Position numbers and translations under genes: made by a program. This document shows, in pieces, positions 23,801 through 35,200 of a DNA stretch of 64,000 nt (positions within the stretch are counted from its first letter, which is position 1; the number at the start of each line of letters is the position of its first letter). The notes beneath the pieces are model-generated. The model was not told where the DNA came from. It searched no databases and saw only the letters and a list, made by a program, of their open reading frames with translations. The stretch is from contig CM120641.1 in NCBI GenBank assembly GCA_051362555.1, positions 8,246,001 through 8,310,000 on the forward strand, in the 5' to 3' direction. This DNA is from Lingula anatina. Taxonomy: Eukaryota; Animalia; Brachiopoda.

Positions 23801-26800
23801 AAAAACAAGAAACATTGCTGAATCATCACATCAAAAAAAAAAAAATAAATAAAATAAAATAAAAAAAATAAATAAAAAAATAAATAAATAAATAAATAAT
23901 TTCTGCTAAATACAATGTAAATTTTTTAGGTGATTTTCTTATGTAAGAAGTTCTTGTTTTGATATCTTTGTGGCAACAGTGCCATATAGCTGTTGGGTTG
24001 TTAATGAGTAGTAAATAACAATAAGCAACATTAAAAATGGTTTAATTGTTTGTCCACAGATGGCAGAGATTCAGGACACCATTCGGAAGAAGAGGAAGCA
24101 CCACTGCATGCATCTGGACATGCACGTGCACGTGCTGCACCTGCTGCACGTACAAAGGAAACTACACAACAAGAAAGCAAGGTTACTGAAGGAAGTTCAG
24201 ATGTAGAAAGACAATATGGGAAATACCGAGGTAGGACACCAATGCATCATAATTTAATTATCATTTACCTTGAATTTAAGTAGCTTCTTTCAGGAAATAA
24301 TAATATATTTTCTTTACAGGGTATCTGTCCATAAAATTACTTTTTTCTATACTAGACATCCTAATGACACCAAGTGAATGGTGAATTAATCCATATTTTT
24401 ATACCATCTTAGAGATAGTGAGTAGTTAAAAGAATCCTGCATTTTGTTGCATTTTCATTCCCAAAATTCCTTAAAGATTTAGTGGCAACTAACAGCAGTC
24501 TGCTTTACTGAGGTTTGATTTTTCGTTTGTATTCAATTTGCATGTAATATCTGCTATTTGATGTCAGTATTGAGACATAGTTTCAACAAATGAATGTAGA
24601 CATTCTTTGTCCTTATTTTGTTTGAAGATTTTAATAATACCCTTTTTTATGATCTTTTGTATTGCTTTCCACTGTGTATGAATTAATGATTTTCAAATCC
24701 TAACTTTTTTGTGTTTGAATCTTTCTTTAATTGGACAGCTGTAGACTTTCACGGTGGTGATTTTGATGCCACGGCATCCATGTACACCTGGAGTTACAAT
24801 CCCCAGGGGGAGTCCGTGTCAAAATTTGGCACATCAGTGCGGTCAAGCACAATTATCACAGGTCACACAGGTAGATGGTAGAACCAATATCATAGCTGAC
24901 TAAGCAGCATAAGGCTAGGCACTATATAGTTAATATGCAAATGCACGCCTGTATATGTTAACAGTGCTTTGTGATGTCACCTGCATGGGGCTATATTCTA
25001 AAGTCTGAAACCTTTTTCCATAAACACATTTTTTCATTAGAAGCATGCATATGTTTTCAAATTAATTACTTAATATTCAAATGTACGAAGGTTCTAGACT
25101 TTGTAAAATATAATCCCAGGTTGATAGAACTGTTGAGAGTCAATGGCAAATACACAGTAGCTAGCTATTAGGTAGTGATGCTCTTACAAACACCAACTAA
25201 AACTTACATAAAATGGAGCTACATGCTTTTATTATTAATACAATTTTTTTTATTCCAGGTGGCTTGTTTGTAACTGATATACTTATAAGAATCATATATA
25301 TACATGCATATTGATTATGAAACAGCATGAGGATTAGGGATTACTTATTATTAATCGGTTTTCTTCATTGTTTTAGTTATTACACATGTATGCCATATAT
25401 TGTATATGCATCTAGCACATCATAAATCTGATTTTAGTTTAGCACCATAGCATGACATTGTTTTATCCTTTATGTATAACATTGATCTTATCTTATATAC
25501 ACACAGACATGAGGATAACTTTTGAGGTAGTGACAGTCCCAATTCTGTGCTGGCCTTAACTAAGTTATTTCCATTACCCTATGTTGACATATTTGATTTG
25601 TTTTTAATTATTGTATTTACAAATAAACCTTGCTAGTCCAGAGGACCTGCTTTACCAAAATTTATGCCAGTCCTCCCCTTCTTCAGGTGGTCATGACTGG
25701 CCAGACAGACAGTTTCCCCATATCTGTACACATACTTGTAATTTACTAATTGCAGTTAATACATAACAGTATATTAAGACATACTGGTATAAAACAGTAC
25801 AAGTCACGGCTTCCTCTATATGTATTACTATATATGTATTACTATAGATATTGCTGTTGTATGAATGTTATGTATGAGTGCATATGGCTATTGTATTTAG
25901 AGGCCTTCAATATATGACATGGATCAGTAATGCTGCTGAGTCGTTATAATTTGTATAATTGACCTTTTAACCCTTTTATAACATTCAGTTTTATAATTGC
26001 ACATGAACACCCAGTAGTTTTTTTAAATTTAATTTATTTATTATTATTATTATTTTATTTTATTATTATTTTTTTATTTGCTTGGGGACTTAAACTATCA
26101 ACATAATAACATTTTTTCAGCTGACTCAGTTTCTGAGGGTTTGCCTGCCTCAGAGTATTCTGTACCACCTGCCAAGTCTTCTAACACCCCTGCAGTGTTT
26201 CTTGAGCCTGAAATTAGGGTTCAGAAGTCATTGTCACCAGGGTCTAGCTTGGGACACTCTGATGTTTTAACAGGGCTTGAAGGTACAGCATGATGTCACA
26301 TGCATGTGTGATGTCACGGGGATTGCATTACCTCACTGAAATTGCTGTGATGTCACTTCAGCTGCATGACGTTTTTGCCCTGACATGCTTGATGTTACTT
26401 ACACTTCATGATGTTATTTTAAATGCACAGTGTCACTTTGACTGCATGAAGCCACCTTTGACACCTTTGGTTTCTGATGCTTCACTTAACTTGTTGTGCA
26501 TGTTCTCTTGTGACTTTTTACACCAATATTTTGTGTTGTTAAATTTTGTTTAGAAAATGTATTTCATTTATATACCTTCATGCACTTGCTATCTTAATTT
26601 TCTTTGCTTTTTTATCTTTTAGATTCTCACTTTTTATGAGCTGAAGATTCTAATGCATGAACTACAGCACATGTATTTTTCTGTTATTATTCTCTTTTCA
26701 CATGCACTTTTGTTACAGGCAACTTGTTTGAATTTGCACAAATGCTGAAGTAAAGTAAAGTCATTGTTTAGTAACTTGTATTTCATTGCTTCATTAGAGT

Positions 26801-29800
26801 GATTGTGTTTGTGGAAGGATATACATGTGTACTTTTTATACCAGTGCTATTAGGCAAGCATTTGGTGCAAAATTTTTGCTTTGCTAAATTGCTTATTCTC
26901 TTTGGTGTTATATTAAGTGAGATTGCACAAGCACACACATACACACGCATCTAAATAAAAAAAGTACTAAGATTTATATCATGCAGCTAATGAAGAACAC
27001 TACATATGATATCAACGAAGACATATGCTTTTGAGAAAATGATTCATTTAAAGTAAACTTTTGGTAGAATTTTGCACAGAGGTTATTTTAAGTAAAGATT
27101 TCAAGTTCATGTCTTTAATTTCCTGTACCAACACCAGTGTACCAGTGTCAAACACAACGTCACACTGCTTCACATCGCTATCATCACAACTACCACAATG
27201 TGACATATCTGAACACATTTGTATGTACATTCCAGCTGATAACCAGTCCCACTCTCATACCTCTGAGGCAGAAGCTGCAGCAGCAGTAACTGAGTCACAA
27301 CAGGAGGCAGAGAAGAAATTGATTGAGGCACTGACTGCGCATGCTCGTGCGATCGCAGTCAGTGTTCTCAATAAGAGTGATGCAGGACAGGACCTAGAGG
27401 AGGATGCAAGGGTAGGTATATGATAATACCATGGGAGTAATGTGAAAAATTGGAAATAGTTTACCTATATTGTTATAGTTAATATACTGTACATAATGTT
27501 TTATAATGTTTTAGATCTTTGTGAAGAGAAGCTGACAGTCCTTTTATAAAATAAAATAACATTTGTGACACTGTTTTGAAAAATATGCCAGTAAAACAAA
27601 CAAAAAAGTATTTACATGTATTTTTATATCACGTAGTTTAAAAGATAGAGTAACTTCAGTTGGTGGTGGAATGTTATTAGAATATTACTTCAATTAAAAC
27701 CATGGATGCATGATCAATAATTGCATGATAACCACATATAACTTTCATTATTCACTCAGGAAAATTCACGGCATATTAAGTTTTCTGGTCACAATAGTAA
27801 TTTATTTTATTTTATTTTTTACTTTAATTTATGATCATTATTATTATTATTATGTAGTGCATGTTAGATACAATAAGCATCACAAAGAGCTTGAATATAT
27901 GTAAACTTAATTATTTTTAATTTCCATCTAAATGCATTTAAAAGAATTTACAGTGTTAATATTTTCATACATTTGCATGAATTTAACCTACATGCAGCTT
28001 CTTTTTTTTCATTTAAGTAGAAAGCAGTCTTTTAATCTAAAATCTTTGCTTACTGTCAAAATTTGGTTGCATTTTGTTTTAGCTTGCAGCTGAGTTGTGG
28101 ATGGAGCGTTTGCCAACGCCAACACAAATTATTTCCCGTAGTCAGTCACTGAAAGATGTTTCATATTTAGACTATGAACATGATCATGATGAAGATGTAA
28201 GATTGAAGGGAAGAGTGTAGTGTATAATTGCACAGAATGTCGCTGTTTTCAGCACTGTGTGTTGAGTGAATTCATTGTCACAAAAAGAAAAGAAAACAAA
28301 CAAACAAAAAAAAAAAAAAATAAGAAGAAGAAGGAAAAAAATTTGTTAGATGTTCTAAAAAAAAAATTCAAGATAATTATCATACTGGGTACTATTACCC
28401 TTGCATTTCATCAGCTGGATTCTGTGGAATCTTCGTTCAAATGTTGCTTTACATGAAAGGTGAAAGGCAGCCATTCCTCATAATGCTTATTACTTAACAA
28501 TATTTTACTGAACAGAACAGCCAGTCACCTATCATTAAAGCACATTCTGAAATGATTACTCACTAGATGGCAGCACTGCACAGGCACCTTAACCCTAAAC
28601 TTTTCCAAGAGAACAGCACATTAGAAGTGGTGTTGGGAAAATTACACTGGCATTGTACTGGTTATCTTATCTTATTTATTAGCATATGCACTCATTTTGT
28701 TTTCAGTTCATTTTTGTTGCTTCTGTTATCACTATGAATTTCATTTATTTATTTCAGTTTAGTTGATATGTTTTCAGTTCTTTATTTTTTCTCTCATATG
28801 AAGTGAAAGCACAAGTTTTGATTTATAGCAGTAGTTGATAGAGTTTTTAACAATTTAACATGACTTGATAAAAATATAAAAATTAATGATGACTGTAAAC
28901 AGTAGAAGCATAATTTATAATTTTGTTGATTTGGTGTATTTTTTATGGTATAGGCTAACAGCATGCTACAACATAGTAGAGTTGAGATACACCCAGAAAA
29001 AAAGGACAACTTTTTCACTGGGACTTTTTTATGATCTTGACTCTGCACCAGTAATCAAGCTATTAATATATTAACTATATAAATGTCATGGTTTCAATGT
29101 GACTTTGTTGATTCAGGAGTTTACTTGTATTGCCATATTTCACTGACAGACATATGAATATTATGCATGAGTGATACCAATGTAATGGCATAATAAACAA
29201 AATATGACAGTTACAAATTCTGTGCACATTAGACATGCATGAGATAGATTATCATGAATGGTGGTGGTATCCTCTACTTAGTTTTTAGAAGGGATGTGGT
29301 TACAAAGCCCTACGTTTTAAAAATGCTTTGCACTCTTTTCAAAAGTTTTATTCTGGTGGCAGTTACATTCCATAGCCTATTCCATTAGATGAGCTTCTAA
29401 AGCCCATACATTTTATCCAAATCTTATTTATTTTTTGATGTTTGTTTTAGGAGGCTGTGATGGAGATAGTTAAACGTAGAATGAAGAGTGCTGAACCCAC
29501 CGCTGCTGAGTACAGAGATTTACTGCGTGAAACACTGGCTAGTGTGGGTAGGTGGATAACTGAAGTGACAAAATAATAGGGATAAAAGAAGTCAGGTCTT
29601 TGAAAACTGCGTATATTTTGTGATATTGCTTGTGCTCTAAGGCATTGTTTTGAATGTTTTCTTACATACATACATACTGGTACTATACATACACTTTACA
29701 TGTTTGAATTTTTTGTGTTCTTTAGATAGGACTACTGTGTGTATTCCCTGCATACTTTGTTCAGTTCTAATTTGGCTTTTAAAAATTAAACATCCCATCA

Positions 29801-32199
29801 TTTCCTTTTAGATGAAAGCTCTTTAAATTAAAAAACTTTGTTTATGTTTTGCTTTATTGCTTTATTCTTTTTATACCTTGACTATTGTGGTGATTTTTAG
29901 ACCACTAGAATGTGAACTTTTCTATTAAACTATTTTCTGTCTTTATTTATTTCAATTTAATTATAAAAAATCTTGATTTTTACATCATTTTCTTCATTAC
30001 GTAAATGATTTAGTGACCAAGGGCACGGGTAGTCCCAGCGTTCATTCAGTAGATGAAGTAAGTCCAGAGTTGATAGAAGCTCTGGCAAACAAGGAGGACA
30101 TAAGGCCAGAAGATCTAGAAATAATTCAAAATGAGGAAGGCAAGAGTGTCATTCGCTCCAGAACACACAGTCAGAGCCATAGTCAAAGTAAAACTCAAAG
30201 TCGAAGTCAAAGTCAGACACACAGTCGTGGTCTCAGTCATGGTCATAGTGAGGCTCGTAAAGGGACTGGACGCAGTGAGGTATCCCAGCATTCTTCACAT
30301 GTGTCTCAGTCTCGGCGGTCCAGTGGGAGTGCAGTGAGGAGTGCTGTGGACACACTTGAGAGGAAAGCATCAGGACAGGAAGACGGCCACGTGATGCCGG
30401 AAGGTAGACACTATACTCACTGCACACCTAGCACCAGAGAGTTAATCGCCAGCAAATTTGTTTTCGTATGCCTATGTGATGTAGGCCTAACAGCAGACAA
30501 CTTGCAGTTGAAAGCAGCACCTGTACCTCTTTTACTGTGCTTGCATGAAGCATGTGTCATTTATCATCAGCACCTGCACCATAGATTATTGTTGGTCATC
30601 TGGCTTGCATGGTTAAGGGGCTACTGTTGTCATTAGGCCCCTGTTTGTAGTGTCCGATGCCTGCATTGAAATATGCTGCAACTAAATGTCACAGTGTCAT
30701 GCCTGTGTGGTCGGTGATTGCCACTTTGAGTATGCCAACATTCACTTCACCAGCACATTTGATCCTCAGCATGCTTGCCTCCAAAATGTGCCATCATTTG
30801 GATAGAAGAAAGTGTTGTCATCATGTGTGCTGCTACCTACAGTCTTGCTATTAACAATGCATGCACTGTAATCTAAATGCCAAGCTAACAAGAAAATATA
30901 TGGCGTGATATGCACTAGAGAAGGCATTTTGCCAAGGTTCTGCTTGAAATTTCACTGGCACATGAACAGTTACTAACAATATACTTTTGGACAAATTGCA
31001 ACATTATATTACTCACATATACTTTCCTCAGATATTATTTCCATTCCTGCATTGATAGTGCCCCATGTCTATGATAACATACAATTTGCTTGCCTTGCCA
31101 GCATAGAAAGCTGTGCTTTAACATAGTGCCTCTTCCACATAATAGCTTATCCTACATCCTTTAATTCTCATCAATAGTGACTGTTTAAATATGTATTTGT
31201 CATTAACAAGGCACTTTATATTTGAACAAGAACATTTAATCAATATTGTAATATATATCCTAGCTTTTGTTTCATTGAGGTAAGTTGCAAATAATGATGT
31301 TGGTTTTCATGTAGGAACTGAGGCATAAAATGAATTATTACATTACATGGTTATATGGAGTATTATGGGCATTCACAGTAAATATTTGTATTTAAGCATC
31401 TGCTGCTGACCAAATGGAAGATGTTGATGCACAAGTAGCTTCAATGGACCTTATCCCCTATGCTCCCTTGCCACCTATAGCTACAGCTGATGACAGTAGT
31501 GCACAACCTAGTCTACCACCAGATGGCTCTGGTGAAAGCTTTAAGCCATCTGCTCCAGGAAGCCCAGCAAAGTCTTCCAAATCTGCCAAATCTGGGAAAT
31601 CTGCCAAGTCTGTAAAGTTTGTAGAGAATGTTAAAGAAGAGAAAACAGATCCTGTGAAAGGAAAGAAAAAAGCATCAGCAAAGAAAGCAGGAGAGACATT
31701 AGTTGTGACAGTGACTGATGATGTAGAGCCAGAGTTGTCCAAGGAAGAAGCAGACAAAAAGGTGCTAGCAGAAGTTGCTCAGGTAAGATTCACTTTGTCC
31801 TGTTCATTGTGATTTTATGTAAATAGTTCAAAAGATTTCACACAAGTCATCATTTAAGGCTGTCAACTCAACAGAGTTATGATACTGTAGTTTACAAATT
31901 AGTGGTTGATGGGACAGCCCCTGAAAGATGCCTCATATATCAAATCTTTTATTTTACAATTATTTTTAAACAATATTCTGACAAATTGCAAAAAGTATCA
32001 GAAAAAAAGACTGCATCCACCTTTGCATATTATGCCATCTACTAGGAACAGAGTTGTTTGTATTATTGTTTAATATCTGTTCACTGATTGTTTCACCATT
32101 GATTCTTTCACTTGTAGGTGTAACTGAGCTAGGGGTTAAAAGAATCATGTTTTAAAGCTTCATTTTAAATTCTTATTTAAAAAAAATTTTACAATTCTT

Positions 32200-32249
<50 letters not shown>

Positions 32250-35200
32250 TGTCAGGAACTTGCTCAAGCCGATGCCAAATCCACAAAGAGTGCAAAGAGT
32301 GATAAAAGTTCAAAAAGTGCCAAAAGTGGAAAGAGTGCTAAGAGTGCTAAAAGTGGGGCATCAAAGAAGAGTAAGACGCCTGATGACAAGAAGATATCAG
32401 AGAAAGAATTTGTTGTTGGTAAGTGGCATTAACAGATAGTGGAGTATAGACATACAGAAAGACAGATCAATATATCAATGATTATAAATGAATAGACAGA
32501 TAGATATAGAAATACGTCAATTAACAAAAAGTTTGAAAAATGTAGTCTTAATCTGTAAAATAAAAAATGGCATTGTATATTTAAAATGAGTTATATTTTT
32601 GTAAATTTATTTATAGATTTGACTTGAGTCGATAATAAGGAAAAAATGATAATTGTTTCATTTTGTCATTACTGTTTCAAACTTTCAGGTAAAGTTGAGA
32701 ACAAGAAAGAGTTGGAAGAACTTTATGCTCAGCCTGAAGATCCTGCTGCAAAAGGTCAGTATAATTGTCTGCATGGACTACAATAATCATTTCATATATT
32801 AGAAACATTTTGTTTCTTAATGTAACTTACATAATTGTCTATGTTTATGTACGTTTTGACTTCGTAGTTAACTTGTGCATGTGTGGAATCTTTTATAGTA
32901 TATCTTACAACCCTTTTATTGTACCACCAGCGTTAGCGCTGGCGGTACACATGGTTTTAGTCCCGTCCGGTCCGTTCCGCCGGCTCCTGCGGCTCCGCCG
33001 GCTCCTGCGGCTCCGCCGGCTCCGCCGCCATGTTACCGTTACCGCTTCTCCTCCTAGACGGTAAGGGCCTACATACCCATCTCTTGGATTTAGGTCACCT
33101 ATAATCTCAACTCGTTCCATGTAAAATTTGGGCTTTGTCGGTATTGGGGTCTAGGTGTGGCACTCATTGCAATGCACCCTTGTCCAAAAATGGCAAAATT
33201 AACTGCTAATTATCTACCCTACGGAAGGAATTATGGGAAAAATTTCTACAGACGGCTTTCCAAAAGTCATATGTGTAGATTTCAAATATGCCCTTGGATT
33301 TTACCTTTGACCTTTATTTCAAGGTCAAACGGGCAAAAATTTTCAAAAAAATGAATTTTTTTACGAAAAAAAAATTATTTGCACTGTTATTCAGACACCA
33401 CACAGACTTAACCAATAATATAATTGGAAAATGTTACCCTTCAGGTCATCTTTCATCTGTGTGAATTTGGGGTCAATCGGTGCATTTTCACGGGTGTAGC
33501 GGCCATAAGATACCGAAACTGAAAACTGTCTCTAATTCGGGAACCGTTAATGCTAGAGACCCATTCTTTTTTGCATTTTGTAGAGCATGTAAAGCCCAAC
33601 ACTGGAGGTGGTCTCCGTTTTTTTGTATTCCATACGGTTTTCGAGTTACGCTGTATCAAAAAGTACATATTGGTGGTGAAAGCAAAATGTGCAGTACGGT
33701 AATGGATAATAAATTTTGAACTCTGGAAAAATAAAACATAAGGCTTGGCAAAGCAGACAACTTGTGGTCAAAAATGACATTATTTCATCAAATTTGAACT
33801 TCTGGAACTTCAGAGCACTTCCCATTTCAAGAATTTTGACCAAAATGACCTTTTCTTTATTTTAATTAATTTTTTCTGTAGGAAATTTATGGCACATTAA
33901 GGTAACTCCGAAATTATAACATTTAGTCCCTTATATCTCCAAAACTCGCAGAGATAGGTCCATAGTTACTATTGAAGTTGAATAGGAAGTCATATACTGG
34001 CAATCTTACTGTGACCTTGAAATTGACCTTTGACCTACTTTTCACCATAAATTGAACTTTGCAAATTTTGCTACCCTTTTATCTCCAAAACTGGCAGAGA
34101 TAGGTCCATAGTTACTATTGAAGTTGAATAGGAAGTCATATACTGGCAATCTAAATGTGACCTTAAAATTGACCTTTGACCTACTTTTCACCATGAACTG
34201 AACTTTGCAAATTTTGCCTCCCTTTTATCTCCAAAACTGGCAGAGATAGGTCCATAGTTTCTATTGAACTTGAATATGAAGTCATATACTGGCAATCTAA
34301 ATGTGACCTTGAAATTGACCTTTGACCTACTTTTCACCATGAACTGAACTTTGGAAATTTTGCTTCCCTTTTATCTCCAAAACTAGCAGAGATAGGTCCA
34401 TAGTTACTATTGAAGTTGAATAGGAAGTCATATACTGGCAATCTAAATGTGACCTTAAAATTGACCTTTGACCTACTTTTCACCCTGAACTGAACTCTGC
34501 TAATTTCTTTCTCTTTTAACTCCAAACCTGGCAGAGATAGGTCCATAGTTACTATTGAAGTTGAATAGGAAGTCATATACTGGCAATCTAAATGTGACCT
34601 TGAAATTGACCTTTGACCTACTTTTTATCATGAATTGAACTTTGCAAATTTTGGTTCCCTTTTATCTCCAAAACTGGCAGAGATAGGTCCATAGTTACTA
34701 TTGAAGTTGAATGGGAAGTCATATACTGGCAATCTTTCTGTGACCTTGAAATTGACCTTTGACCTACTTTTCACCATGAACTGAACTTTGCAAATTTTGC
34801 CTCCCTTTTATCTCCAAAACTGGCAGAGATAGGTCCATACTTTCTATTGAACTTGAATATGAAGTCATATACTGGCAATCTAAATGTGACCTTGAAATTG
34901 ACCTTTGACCTACTTTTCACCATGAACTGAACTTTGGAAATTTTGCTTCCCTTTTATCTCCAAACCTGGCAGAGATAGGTCCATAGTTACTATTGAACTT
35001 GAATATGAAGTCATATACTGGCAATCTAAATGTGACCTTGAAATTGACCTTTGACCTACTTTTCACCATGAACTGAACTTTGGAAATTTTGCTTCCCTTT
35101 TATCTCCAAAACTAGCAGAGATAGGTCCATAGTTACTATTGAAGTTGAATAGGAAGTCATATACTGGCAATCTAAATGTGACCTTAAAATTGACCTTTGA

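Noticed and set aside
32905-33120. Protamine-like RRSRRSRRS ORF on the minus strand (also 40033-40269)
   Set aside because: It is the translation of the HINE 9-bp microsatellite. The ATG is not conserved (GTG in copy 2) and the stop lies in different host flanks.
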